Positions 7,001 to 15,666 are shown, counted from the first letter of the stretch. The stretch is DNA of 64,000 nucleotides from Vicinamibacterales bacterium (GCA_965203565.1 OZ241896.1:681707-745706), one strand, 5' to 3'. Notes: generated from the sequence alone by a model not told the origin. Made by a program: numbers and translations.

Positions 7001-9904
7001 ACGGTGACGGCGGGCGGGGACAGCGTGACGGACACGGTGGACGTCACGGTGACGCCGCGGGCGCCGGGGACGCCGGTGAACCGGCCGCCGGCGATCACGC
7101 TCTCCGGCGACCGGACGTATCGGCAAGGGGAGCGGGTCTCGCCGTTCATCGTCGCGGCGAGCGACCCGGACGGCGACGCGGTGGAGGTGGAGGTGGTCGG
7201 TCTGCCGCCGGGCCTGCGGCACGGGGGCGGGCTGGTGGAAGGGACGGTGGCGGCCGACGCGGCGGCGCAGGTCCACCGGGTGACGGTGACGGCTTCCGAC
7301 GGCGTGGCGGCTCCGGTGCGGGCGACGTTCACGGTGACGGTGACGGCGCCGGATCGGGAGCCGGACCGGCCGCCGACGGGGGAGGCGCCTCCGGACCTGC
7401 GGCCGTCGTTCGCGGGGGTTCCGCCGGTTTCGCGGCAGTACCGGGTGGGCCGTCCGGCGGCCGGTTCGGCGCTGCCGGCGGCCGCAGGGGGTGACCGGCC
7501 GCTGCGGTACGAGCTGACGCCGGCGCCGCCGGCGGGCCTGCGGTTCGACGGCGGGAGCCGGACGTTGACGGGGACGCCGACGGCCGAGCAGCGGCCGGCG
7601 CCCTGGACGCTGACGGCGACCGACGCGGACGGCGACACGGCGACGCTGGAGGTGACGATGGCGGTGCTCGACCCGCCGGTGGTGACCGGCCTGCGGCTGG
7701 TGTCGCAGCCGGCGGCGGGGGACACGTACGGGTACGGGGAAGCGGTCGCGGCGGAGGTGGCGTTCAGCGAGCCGGTCGAGGTGGCGGGGGCGCCGACGCT
7801 GGGACTGACGGTCGGCTCGGCGGTGCGGACGATGCGTCTGACGGGCGCCGAGGGTCCGCGGCTGCGGTTCGGGTATCGGGTGTCGGAGACCGACCTGGAC
7901 GAGGACGGCGTGAGCGTGTCGGCGGACGCGCTGGCGCTGGGCGGCGGCCGGATCACGGACGCGCTGGGGACGGCGGCCGAGTTGGGGCATGCGGGTCTGG
8001 CGGGCCAGGCGGGGCACCGGGTGGACGGGCGGCCTCGGGCGGTGGGGACGCTGCGCACGGTGACGGTGGTGCTGGGCGGCGCGGCGGCGCGGGTCGAGCT
8101 GTCGGGCGCGTTCCGGGGAGCGGAGACGTATGCGGCGTCGGTGGCGGACGGGTCGCTGGCGGCGGTGGAGGTGGACGGTTCGTCGGCGGTGGTGACCGGG
8201 TTGGCGGAGGGGACGACGACGGTGACGGTGACGGGCCGGAACGCGGGAGGTTCGGCGGAGCAGCGGTTCGGGGTGGTGGTGACGGCGTCGGCGGCGGAGC
8301 AGGCAGTGATGGTGTCGACGCTGGCGGGGGTGGGGCGGAGCCTCCTGGCCGGCGCGTCCGCGACGGTGGGACGCCGTCTGGACGGGAGCGGCGGCGGCGG
8401 GGCGCCCGAGGCGCAGGCGTCGCTGGCGGGCCGGACGCTGCCGCTGGCGGGCGGCCCGGCGGCGGCGGCGGGGCGGACGGCGTGGCTGCGTCCGGAGGCG
8501 GGGATGTGGTCGCCGGCGGCGGCGTCTGCGGCGCCGGCGCTGGACCGGCCGCGGGCGGCGGCGCGGCGGGCGGCGGTGCGGGCGGGACTGACCACGGCGC
8601 AGGGCGGGCGGCTGACGGGCGAGGAGCTGCTGTTCGGCAGCGCGTTCACCTTCTCCGGCGGCGGGACCGGCCAGGCGGCGGCCGAGGCCGGGGCGGGCGC
8701 GGGCGGCGGGCTGCGGTGGACGGCGTGGGGGGCGGGCGACCGGCAGTCGTTCCGGGGAACGGCCGGCTCGGGTGCGACCTACGACGGGCGGCCGGCGACG
8801 GCGGCGGCGGGGGTGGACGTCGAGCGGGGCCGCCTGCTGGCGGGGGTGGCGGTGGCGCGGAGCGTGGCCGATGCAAACTATGCGTTCCGGGACGCGGCGG
8901 AGGGCGTGAGCGGGCAGGGCGCGGTGGCGACGCGGCTGGTGACGGCGCAGCCATATGCGCGGTGGGCGCTGGACGAGCGGACGTCGGTGTGGGGCGTGTT
9001 CGGCGCCGGCTGGGGCCGGGCGGAGGTGGCGCGGTCGGTGACGGCGGCGGCCGAATCGGCCGACCTGGCGGTGCTGATGGGACTCGGCGGCGTGCGGCGG
9101 GAGCTCGGGCCGGCCGGCGGGCTGGAACTGGCGCTGCGGGGCGATGTGGGCGGGGCGTGGCTGGAGACCGGCGGCGCCGGCGGCGGCGGCCTGCTGGCGG
9201 GGCGGCGGGTGGCGGTGCACCAGTCGCGGCTGGGCCTGGAGATCGGACGGACGTTCGGAACGGGGCTGACGGTGCGGCCGTTCGCGGCGGTGAGCGGACG
9301 GTACGACGGCGGGGCGGGGGCGACGGGGACGGGGCTGGAGGTGGCGGGCGGATTGCGGGCGTCGGACGGCGCGGGACGCGTCGAGGTGGAGGCGTCGGGG
9401 CGGGTGCTGGCGCTGCACACGGAGTCGGGATACCGGGAGCGGGGAGTGAGCGTGCGGGCGCGGCTGACGCCGGGAGGCGACCCCGGGCGGGGGCTGTCGG
9501 TCGAGGTGACGCCGCGGTGGGGGGCGCCGCAGATCGGCGCGGAGACGCTGTGGCGGGACCAGGCGCTCGGCGCGGCGGCGGGCGGCGGCCGGCCGGAGAC
9601 CGGCGCGCTCGATGCGCGGGTGGGATACGGACTCGGACTGCTGGCGCCGTTCGCGGAGATGGGATGGGCGGAGGACGCGCAGCGGCAGCGGCTCGGCCTG
9701 CGGGTGGGGCAGTTCGGCGCCGCCGTCGACGTCGAGGTGACCGGCGAACGGTACGCCTTGCTCGGACGCCCGCCCGACCACCGCTTCTCGCTCATCGGCC
9801 GCATCGGGTTCGGCGCGCCTCGGACGGCGCTCCCCCCCGCGCCCTGGATGAATCCGCCGTCCTTGCACTACGCGCAGGCGGACGACGCCGCCGAGACGCC
9901 GTAG
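4037..9904 (+). CDS. giant surface adhesin with Calx-beta, PKD/Ig-like, cadherin-like and Big_2-like repeats and a C-terminal autotransporter-type beta-barrel domain
   Basis: 1955-aa ORF with a GTG start; alternative ATGs at 4046 and 4052. Signal-like LAVGLLIAAVSWTFAADADAQ, then the repeat classes listed as separate features below. Protein-like composition throughout. Confidence 0.85.
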   Translation: MANMLMNPLRPHADPPPPPDLIPADARRRPFRATRLAVGLLIAAVSWTFAADADAQTLPVLSIDSPSVVEGDSGSTNLNFTVTLSASSTSQVTVAYADAGTGTATSGTDYTALTAGMLTFAAGTTSRTITVSVTGDTSHESHETVVITLSNPTNATVSATAGSGTGTIRDDEGLTLSVNSPTVAEGDSGSTNLNFTVSLSAASTQNVNVIFGITGGTATAGTDYTTSLTNNRIRLRFRPGQTSKTITLAVQGDVLDEPDETVLVALSGASFNARITTGTGAGTITDDDTSTVSINSPSVVEGDTGSRNMTYTVSLSTANSRQVEVAWGVNQAWSTATLGTDFRATATVSNSVDLLFAPGETSKTFTVEVLGDTDPEADETVVVLLGIPTNANIEQADRRGTGTITDDDIAFLRTGPASVAEGDSGSTDLNFTVSLAAAHGKTVTVDYADTGRGTATSGTDYTALAAGTLTIAPGDTSGTITVSVTGDEVVERPETVLLTLSNPTNARFLIASMASLTGTIRDDDGFPVANAGSDQTVNEGDTVTLSGSGSDPDGTPVSGYRWTQTAGPAVTLTSATTATTSFTAPTGLAADETLRFSLVVTAGFEGGSDSVDILVNAANPNWTAEAGPNQTVEEDDAVSLSGRTLSGGADLTLQGVMQPGYSWRHTSGGGSTVRLTGAATASPRFTAPNLLADATLTFTLTVTVGNDTMTDTVDVTVQADNDDPAANAGPDQTVYEGSAVTLPGRGSDPEGESLSYSWSQTEGPNVTLTGALSPTARFTAPLVTSDVTLTFTLTVTAGGATATDTVAVTVEPLVLMANAGPDQVVDEGDAVRLDGTGSTAPLGAGPLLYSWSQTGGSPNVTLTGAATATPSFTAPSGLTADVTLTFTLTVTVGGESETDTVEVTVEWIGPVFTPTVLTADAGEDRTVDGGDAVRLDGSGSTAPPGEELRWSWRQTGGGPSVTLTGAATATPSFTAPDVTSNVTLTFTLTVTAGGDSVTDTVDVTVTPRAPGTPVNRPPAITLSGDRTYRQGERVSPFIVAASDPDGDAVEVEVVGLPPGLRHGGGLVEGTVAADAAAQVHRVTVTASDGVAAPVRATFTVTVTAPDREPDRPPTGEAPPDLRPSFAGVPPVSRQYRVGRPAAGSALPAAAGGDRPLRYELTPAPPAGLRFDGGSRTLTGTPTAEQRPAPWTLTATDADGDTATLEVTMAVLDPPVVTGLRLVSQPAAGDTYGYGEAVAAEVAFSEPVEVAGAPTLGLTVGSAVRTMRLTGAEGPRLRFGYRVSETDLDEDGVSVSADALALGGGRITDALGTAAELGHAGLAGQAGHRVDGRPRAVGTLRTVTVVLGGAAARVELSGAFRGAETYAASVADGSLAAVEVDGSSAVVTGLAEGTTTVTVTGRNAGGSAEQRFGVVVTASAAEQAVMVSTLAGVGRSLLAGASATVGRRLDGSGGGGAPEAQASLAGRTLPLAGGPAAAAGRTAWLRPEAGMWSPAAASAAPALDRPRAAARRAAVRAGLTTAQGGRLTGEELLFGSAFTFSGGGTGQAAAEAGAGAGGGLRWTAWGAGDRQSFRGTAGSGATYDGRPATAAAGVDVERGRLLAGVAVARSVADANYAFRDAAEGVSGQGAVATRLVTAQPYARWALDERTSVWGVFGAGWGRAEVARSVTAAAESADLAVLMGLGGVRRELGPAGGLELALRGDVGGAWLETGGAGGGGLLAGRRVAVHQSRLGLEIGRTFGTGLTVRPFAAVSGRYDGGAGATGTGLEVAGGLRASDGAGRVEVEASGRVLALHTESGYRERGVSVRARLTPGGDPGRGLSVEVTPRWGAPQIGAETLWRDQALGAAAGGGRPETGALDARVGYGLGLLAPFAEMGWAEDAQRQRLGLRVGQFGAAVDVEVTGERYALLGRPPDHRFSLIGRIGFGAPRTALPPAPWMNPPSLHYAQADDAAETP
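4078..4092 (+). repeat. C15 homopolymer inside codons 14-19 (DPPPPP) of the adhesin gene
   Basis: Read directly: gaCCCCCCCCCCCCCCCgg. The neighbouring frame (gga ttt gat tcc cgc tga) hits a stop six codons after the tract, so a slip into that frame truncates the protein. Confidence 0.95.
4208..5610 (+). other. five Calx-beta-like repeats of the adhesin
   Basis: Recurring SxxVxEGDSGSTNLNFTVxLSAAS...VxYAxxxGTATxGTDYTA...LTFAxGxTSxTITVxVxGDxxxExxETVxxxLSNPTNA. Confidence 0.7.
5620..7050 (+). other. six PKD/Ig-like repeats of the adhesin
   Basis: Recurring ANAGPDQTVxEGxAVxLxGxGSxxP...YSWSQTxGPxVTLTGAxTATPSFTAPxxxxDVTLTFTLTVTxGG..TDTVxVTV. Confidence 0.7.
8710..9830 (+). other. autotransporter-type beta-barrel (translocator) domain of the adhesin
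   Basis: LRWTAWGAGDRQSFRG... followed by alternating Gly/aromatic beta-strand pattern, ending ...FSLIGRIGF. About 35 extra residues follow the terminal Phe. Confidence 0.55.
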
Positions 9905-9908
9905 CGCG

Positions 9909-10226
9909 TCATGAGCCAGCCGTTTTCACCGCTCTCGAACTGCTCTTGACGAGGGCGTCCATCTCCACGTAGCGCAGCCGATCGCTGCGGGTGCGGGCCA
10001 GCGTGTCGTAGCGCAGCACCAGGACGTCGACCTGCGGCTTCGGCGCAACGCCAGGCGTCTCCAATGCGCCCAGCTTGTCAAGGTGGGAGATCGTGGCCGA
10101 GCGGATGGCGCGCTTCGCAGCGGCCGCGGTGTCGGCGGCGGCGTAGACGCCAGGCAAGCCAGCCACCCACGCGCTGAACGTGCCGTTGCTTTCGCGCTCG
10201 ATGATCACCGGGTAACATGTCGTCAT
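9909..10226 (-). CDS. hicB: HicB-family antitoxin
   Basis: MTTCYPVIIERESNGTFSAWVAGLPGVYAAADTAAAAKRAIRSAT... is a typical HicB N-terminal fold signature. Internal ATG chosen; it overlaps the hicA stop as ATGA. Confidence 0.8.
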   Translation of the reverse strand: MTTCYPVIIERESNGTFSAWVAGLPGVYAAADTAAAAKRAIRSATISHLDKLGALETPGVAPKPQVDVLVLRYDTLARTRSDRLRYVEMDALVKSSSRAVKTAGS

Positions 10227-10408
10227 AATCCCGCCTCCTTCAGGATACGACGAGCAAGTCCAGTGCCGACTTCCTTCTTCGTGTGGACCGACACCGTGAT
10301 GACCTTGCCTGTCTTCAAGTGGACAAGCTGCCGATGGCTTCCCTTGCCGGTTCGTTGTTCGATGAAACCGGCAGCTTTCAGACGGCGAATCAACTCGCCC
10401 CACGTCAC
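10223..10408 (-). CDS. hicA: HicA-family mRNA interferase toxin
   Basis: 61 aa, MTWGELIRRLKAAGFIEQRTGKGSHRQLVHLKTGKVITVSVHTKKEVGTGLARRILKEAGL. GTG start. Confidence 0.85.
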   Translation of the reverse strand: MTWGELIRRLKAAGFIEQRTGKGSHRQLVHLKTGKVITVSVHTKKEVGTGLARRILKEAGL

Positions 10409-10433
10409 TTGATCGATTTATTCCGCGCAAGCG

Positions 10434-11432
10434 CTACCGGCGGGTTCCGGGCATGTCGGTCCGCACCCGGTACAGCGTCTTGCCCGCGGTGACGTACAGC
10501 GTCCGGAGGTCCGGACCGCCGAAGGCGCAGTTGGTGATGGTGTCCTCCGGGATCGGGATCAGCTCCAGGAGCTCGCCGTCGGGCGAGAAGACGTGGACGC
10601 CGCACGGCGTGTCGAGCGTCTCGCTCGTGCCCCGCAGGCGGTGCAGGCCGGCCGCCACGTACAGGTTCCCCTCGCTGTCTATCGTCATCCCGTCGCCGCT
10701 GCGCCCCGGATGGAAGTCGTGGAAGACGCGCATGTTGCTGACCGCGCCGTCCTCGGCCAGGTCGTACGCGCGGATCATCCGCGCGCCGCCCGCGCTCTGG
10801 TCGGCCTCGATGACGTACAGCGTGCGGTCGTCGGGCGAGACGACGACGCCGTTCGGCCGGACCACCTCCGGCTCGGTCAGGATCCGCTCCACCGTCCCGT
10901 CCGGGTCGATACGGTAGACGCCGTGGACGCCGGTGCGGTCCGGGCCGTGCCCCGGCTCGGGCCGGTCGGTGAAGTAGATCCGGCCGCGCCCGTCTATCGT
11001 CAGGTCGTTCGGCCGGTGCAGCCGTTTCCCCTCGTACCGGTCGACCAGCACCTCGACCTCGCCCGTCTCCATCGTCGTCCGGGTGATGCGCGGGTCGGCG
11101 GTGACGCCGTCGCCCCCCTCGCAGGCGAGCAGCCGCCACTGGTCGTCGAAGATCAGTCCGTTCGCCCGGTTGCTCGGCTGCCGGAACGTCGCCACCTCGC
11201 CGTCGGGGAACATCCGGAGGATCCGGTTGTTGGTGATGTCGGTGAAGTAGACCGTGCCGTCCGCATCGACGGTCGGCCCCTCGGTGAACGCGACGGCGGC
11301 GGCCGCCTCCACTTCGCGAGCGGACGCCGCCGGCTCGGGAGCGCCGGAGCACCCGCTCATGCCGGCGCCAAGCGCCGCCATGAGCGCAACGCCGATGGTC
11401 CGGACATCCATGATGGCTCGTGTTCGCGACAA
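10434..11432 (-). CDS. SMP-30/gluconolactonase/LRE-family beta-propeller lipoprotein
   Basis: Lipobox-like LGAGMSGC, then TEGPTVDADGTVYFTDITNNRILRMFPDG and PNGVVVSPDDRTLYV motifs. The start may be the MDVRT Met at 11411. Confidence 0.7.
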   Translation of the reverse strand: MSRTRAIMDVRTIGVALMAALGAGMSGCSGAPEPAASAREVEAAAAVAFTEGPTVDADGTVYFTDITNNRILRMFPDGEVATFRQPSNRANGLIFDDQWRLLACEGGDGVTADPRITRTTMETGEVEVLVDRYEGKRLHRPNDLTIDGRGRIYFTDRPEPGHGPDRTGVHGVYRIDPDGTVERILTEPEVVRPNGVVVSPDDRTLYVIEADQSAGGARMIRAYDLAEDGAVSNMRVFHDFHPGRSGDGMTIDSEGNLYVAAGLHRLRGTSETLDTPCGVHVFSPDGELLELIPIPEDTITNCAFGGPDLRTLYVTAGKTLYRVRTDMPGTRR

Positions 11433-11528
11433 ACCTCACCTCCGCAACGCATGCGCCCGACGCGCGCGACTCGGACTTGACTTGCGCCCATTCTACGCCG
11501 CCGTCCACCGCTGCGTCATCGCGTTCAG

Positions 11529-11686
11529 CAGCCCGTGGTGGAATCCCGCGGGGCGCCGAGAGCGGCGAGGCGCCCGCCTGACAAGGCGTGAGGAGGGCGC
11601 ATATTGGGCATACGCAACCGACGAACAACGCCGTCAGGCGGGATGCATCGCTGCTCGAATGCAGCGGAGACCTCCGCCACGGGCTG
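11529..11686 (+). mobile_element. 158-bp MITE-like element, A-subfamily, copy 1 (TSD TCAG)
   Basis: CAGCCCGTGG...CCACGGGCTG terminal inverted repeats. TCAG is found directly on both sides (11525-11528 and 11687-11690). Internal AGGAGG-N7-TTG reads on the + strand. Confidence 0.8.
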
Positions 11687-11756
11687 TCAGGCGTTGATGC
11701 CGGGAACCTTGCGATCTAGAATGGCGGTCGGAACCCCCGTCCGCGGCGAGGGGCTG

Positions 11757-12236
11757 ATGCTGCGACTGTCGAAGAAGACCGACTACGCCCTGATCGCGCT
11801 CAAGGACTTGGCGTCGAATCGGCGCGGCGCGGCGTCGAGCGCGCGCGAGATCGCGGCGCGGTACAACGTTCCGGTGGAGTTGATGGCCAAGGTCCTGCAG
11901 CGGCTGGCGCGGCATGGGCTGCTCGCATCGCTGCAGGGAACGCGCGGCGGGTACCGTCTGGCCCGCTCCCCGGCGCAGATCTCGGTGGCGGACGTCATCG
12001 AGGCGATAGACGGCCCGGTGGCGGTGACCGCCTGCTCGGACGTGGACGAAAGCTGCTGCCAGTACTCGACGTGCAACGTCCGGAACCCGCTCTGGCGGCT
12101 GCAGGACCGGATCGAGCGGACGCTCGCCGAGTTCACGATTGCGGAGCTGGCGCGCGCCGACGCGCCGGCGCCGCTCCCGCCGGCGGCCCGCGGCGCCTCC
12201 CGGCCTCGCCCGGAGACCGCCGCGGCCCCCGGCTGA
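11757..12236 (+). CDS. Rrf2-family (IscR-like) transcriptional regulator
   Basis: MLRLSKKTDYALIALKDLA... wHTH region, GTRGGYRLARSP, and Cys cluster CSDVDESCCQYSTC. Confidence 0.8.
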   Translation: MLRLSKKTDYALIALKDLASNRRGAASSAREIAARYNVPVELMAKVLQRLARHGLLASLQGTRGGYRLARSPAQISVADVIEAIDGPVAVTACSDVDESCCQYSTCNVRNPLWRLQDRIERTLAEFTIAELARADAPAPLPPAARGASRPRPETAAAPG

Positions 12237-12364
12237 CGCGCCGCGCCGAACCGCGGAGCGGCGCCGCCCGCGTCGGCCGGCTCCGCGAGCTGTCGCCGGC
12301 GCGCCGCGCATCCTGACGCCGCGGCCGGCCGGATAGGGTACACTGGCCCGGCAAGCGCGCACCG

Positions 12365-12688
12365 ATGATCGAGATCACGCCGGCGGCGGCGCGGAGAATC
12401 CGTGAGGCGATGGCCCGGGAAGGCGCCGAGGGCGGTCTCCGCGTCGGCGTCAAGGCGGGCGGCTGCTCGGGCCTGAGCTACGTCTTCAGGTGGGAGGCCG
12501 CTCCGAAGCCCGAGGACGAGACCTTCGAGAGTCCCGACGGTACGCGGATCTTCGTGGACAGGAAAAGCTACCGGTACCTCGACGGCACGGTTCTCGACTG
12601 CGACGCCAACATGCTGGGCCAGTCGCTGATTTTTCGCAACCCGAACGCGAAGAGCGCGTGCGGTTGCGGCCTGTCGTTCCAGGTCTAG
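12365..12688 (+). CDS. HesB/IscA/ErpA-family iron-sulfur cluster insertion protein
   Basis: 107 aa with GGCSGLSY motif and C-terminal CGCGLSF. Confidence 0.85.
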   Translation: MIEITPAAARRIREAMAREGAEGGLRVGVKAGGCSGLSYVFRWEAAPKPEDETFESPDGTRIFVDRKSYRYLDGTVLDCDANMLGQSLIFRNPNAKSACGCGLSFQV

Positions 12689-12730
12689 CCTGTCTGGCCT
12701 GGTCCCCGGCTCCGACCCGCGCGCCGCCGG

Positions 12731-14299
12731 ATGCGGCGTGCGTCTCTACTCTGGCGAACGATGGCGTCTCCCGATCCCGGCTCGCGGTCCAACCGCCCCC
12801 TGGTGATCGTGTCGAACCGGGAGCCGTACCAGCACGTCCGGCTGGAGGACGGAACGGTGGGGTGGTCGCCCACCACGGGCGGAGTGGCCGTGGCCCTCGA
12901 CGCCCTGATGCGCGAGCGGGGCGGCATCTGGATCGCGCACGGGTCGGGCGACGCCGACCGCGACGTGGTCGATGCGCACGACCGGGTGGTGGTCCCGCCC
13001 GACAAGCCGTCGTACCCGCTGCGGCGGATCTGGCTGACGCCGGACGAGCAGCGCCGCTACTACGACGGGTTCGCCAACGAAGGCCTCTGGCCGCTCTGCC
13101 ACGAGGCCCACGTCCGGCCGGTCTTCCGCGCCCGCGACTGGGCCGACTACCGGAAGGTCAACCGGCGGTTCGCGGCCGTGATCGAGGATGAGCTGCCTGA
13201 CGACGCCGCGCCGGTCTTCGTCCAGGACTACCACCTCGCCCTGGTGGCGCCCGTGCTGCGCGCCCGCCGGCCGCGCGTCAAGACCGCGCTCTTCTGGCAC
13301 ATTCCCTGGCCGAGCGCGGACCGGCTCCGGATCTGCCCTTGGCGGAAGGAGCTACTGGCCGGGCTGCTCGCCAACGACCTGCTCGCATTCCAGCTCGGGC
13401 GCGACCGGCGCAACTTCCTCGCCGCCGCGCGCGACGAGCTCGGCGCCGACGTCACGCGCGGCAGCGTGCGGCTGGGAGACCGGGTCACGGCGGTGGCGGC
13501 CGCGCCGATCGGGATCGACTTCGATCGGATCCAGACGATAGCCGGCGACCCCTCGACGGCGGCCGACTCCCGGCGCCTCGCCGGTGAACTCCGGATCGAG
13601 ACGCCGATCGTCGGCGTAGGCGTGGACCGGCTCGACTACACCAAGGGGATTCCCGAGCGGCTGGAGGCGCTCGACCTGCTCCTGACGCGGCGCCCCGATC
13701 TGCAGGGACGGTTGACGTTCGTGCAGATCGGCGTGCCGTCGCGTTCGACGATCGACAGCTACGCGGCGACCGAGGCGGAGATCGATCGGAAGGTCGCGGA
13801 GATCAACCGCCGGCGGCCGGCGGCCGGCGGGCCGGTCCGGTACCGGAAGTCGGCGCTCCGGATCAAGCGTCTGGTCGCGCTGTTCCGTCTGGCCGACTTC
13901 TGCATCGTCAGCTCGCTCCACGACGGGATGAACCTGGTCGCCAAGGAGTTCGTCGCGGCGCGCGACGATTGCGGCGGCGTGCTGGTGCTGAGCGAGATGG
14001 CGGGAGCGGCCCAGGAGCTCCAGGACGCGCTGGCGATCAATCCGTACGACGTCGAAGGGTTCGCGCAGGCGATAGAGCACGCCATCGACATGCCGGCCGA
14101 CGAGCGGCGGCGGCGGATGCGGGCGCTCCGGCGCGTCGTGGCCGGCCGGAACGTCTTCAGCTGGGCGTCCGACATCCTCGAGGAGCTCGACGGCCTCGAC
14201 CCGGCCGCGCTGCCGCCGGCACCCGGCCGGACGACGTTCGACCGCCGCCGCGCCGCCGCCCTCCGCGCGCGCCTCCCTGCCGAAGGCAGGGCGTCCTGA
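12731..14299 (+). CDS. otsA: alpha,alpha-trehalose-phosphate synthase (GT20)
   Basis: VSNREPY, FANEGLWPLCH, VQDYHLALV, FWHIPWPS, GVDRLDYTKGIPERL and SLHDGMNLVAKEF motifs. The start is alternatively at 12761. Confidence 0.8.
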   Translation: MRRASLLWRTMASPDPGSRSNRPLVIVSNREPYQHVRLEDGTVGWSPTTGGVAVALDALMRERGGIWIAHGSGDADRDVVDAHDRVVVPPDKPSYPLRRIWLTPDEQRRYYDGFANEGLWPLCHEAHVRPVFRARDWADYRKVNRRFAAVIEDELPDDAAPVFVQDYHLALVAPVLRARRPRVKTALFWHIPWPSADRLRICPWRKELLAGLLANDLLAFQLGRDRRNFLAAARDELGADVTRGSVRLGDRVTAVAAAPIGIDFDRIQTIAGDPSTAADSRRLAGELRIETPIVGVGVDRLDYTKGIPERLEALDLLLTRRPDLQGRLTFVQIGVPSRSTIDSYAATEAEIDRKVAEINRRRPAAGGPVRYRKSALRIKRLVALFRLADFCIVSSLHDGMNLVAKEFVAARDDCGGVLVLSEMAGAAQELQDALAINPYDVEGFAQAIEHAIDMPADERRRRMRALRRVVAGRNVFSWASDILEELDGLDPAALPPAPGRTTFDRRRAAALRARLPAEGRAS

Positions 14300-14300
14300 C

Positions 14301-14822
14301 GTGCCGGACTCGCCGCCGATGTCACTGATGCCTTTCGTGCGCGGCGCCCTGCGGCACAGCATGCGGGCGTACTACCTGCCGCTGGCGGCCGGACTGGCGC
14401 TGGCGGCGAGCGCCTTCATGCCGTGGATGCTGATGGGCGAGTCGCGCTTCGGCGGCGTGCCGAACGCGGCGGCGCTCTGGGTGCTCGGACTCGGGCTGCT
14501 GGCGGCGGTCCTCGCGGCGCTCAGCGTCGTCACCCGCAAGAACTCGCGGCATCCGTTGCTGCTGGTCGGCCTGGCGGCGTTCGCCGTCCTGCTGGTGGGC
14601 GAGCAGCTCATGGAGCGCTCGGCGACCCAGACGGCATGGGCCCGCGCCCAGGCGCGCGCCATCGTGGTGGGCGCGCCGGCCGTCGAGACGCCGACGCCGG
14701 CGCTGGCGCCGGGGGCCTGGCTCGGTCTGTCCGCGGCCGGCGTGATCACGGCGTTCGGCCTGACCATCGTCGTCCGCCGCGTGGCGAGCCCGTACGCCGA
14801 GCCGGAAGACGACGATGCCTGA
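14301..14822 (+). CDS. hypothetical integral membrane protein (about 4 TM helices)
   Basis: Hydrophobic segments LPLAAGLALAASAF, ALWVLGLGLLAAVLAAL, LLLVGLAAFAVLLV, LGLSAAGVITAFGLTIVV. No recognisable family. Confidence 0.5.
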   Translation: MPDSPPMSLMPFVRGALRHSMRAYYLPLAAGLALAASAFMPWMLMGESRFGGVPNAAALWVLGLGLLAAVLAALSVVTRKNSRHPLLLVGLAAFAVLLVGEQLMERSATQTAWARAQARAIVVGAPAVETPTPALAPGAWLGLSAAGVITAFGLTIVVRRVASPYAEPEDDDA

Positions 14823-15666
14823 CGCCGCTCCGCCGCCGGCCCGGATCACCGTGGCGCACAGCCCGGACTCCGACGACGCCTTCATGTTCTACGGCTTCGC
14901 CTGCGGCGCAGTCGCCTCCGGCCGGTTCGCGATCGAGCAGGTGCTGGCCGACATCGAGACGCTGAACCGGGCCGCGTTCGAGGGGAAGTACGAGGTGACG
15001 GCGGTCTCGTTCCACGCCTACGCGCACCTGCGCGACCGGTACGCCCTGCTCCCGCACGGCGCCAGCATGGGCGACCGGTACGGGCCGATCGTCGTGACCC
15101 GGGCCGACGGCCCGGCGTCGCTCGACGGCGTGACGGTGGCGATTCCGGGCGAGCTGACCACGGCGCATCTCGCGCTGCAACTGTTCCATCCCGGCGTGGC
15201 GTGGCGCGCCATGCCGTTCGACGCGATCCAGCCGGCGGTCGTGGACGGGACGGTGGAGGCGGGGTTGCTGATCCACGAGGGACAGCTCACGTACGGCGAC
15301 GACGGGCTGCGCCTTCTGGTCGACCTCGGCGTCTGGTGGGCCGACCGGACCGGCGGCCTCCCGCTCCCGCTCGGGTGCAACGTGATCCGGCGCGACCTCG
15401 GCCGCGACGCCATGCTCGAGGTGTCGCGGCTGCTCCACGCCAGCATCGCCCACGCCCTCGGCCACCGGGACGACGCGATCGCGTACGCGCTCGACTTCGG
15501 GCGCGGCCTCGACGCGCAGCGCACCGACCGGTTCGTCGGGATGTACGTGAACGAGCTGACGCTCGACTACGGCCCGCGCGGCCGCGCCGCCGCCGAGCGC
15601 CTGTTCGCCGACGCCTGGGACCGGCGCCTGATCCCCCGGCCGGTCCCGGTCGAGTTCGTCGAGTAG
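14815..15666 (+). CDS. MqnA/MqnD-family protein (futalosine-route menaquinone biosynthesis, periplasmic-binding-protein fold)
   Basis: ITVAHSPDSDDAFMFYG ... LLIHEGQLTY ... resembles the COG2107-type family. The subfamily is not resolved. Confidence 0.5.
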   Translation: MPDAAPPPARITVAHSPDSDDAFMFYGFACGAVASGRFAIEQVLADIETLNRAAFEGKYEVTAVSFHAYAHLRDRYALLPHGASMGDRYGPIVVTRADGPASLDGVTVAIPGELTTAHLALQLFHPGVAWRAMPFDAIQPAVVDGTVEAGLLIHEGQLTYGDDGLRLLVDLGVWWADRTGGLPLPLGCNVIRRDLGRDAMLEVSRLLHASIAHALGHRDDAIAYALDFGRGLDAQRTDRFVGMYVNELTLDYGPRGRAAAERLFADAWDRRLIPRPVPVEFVE

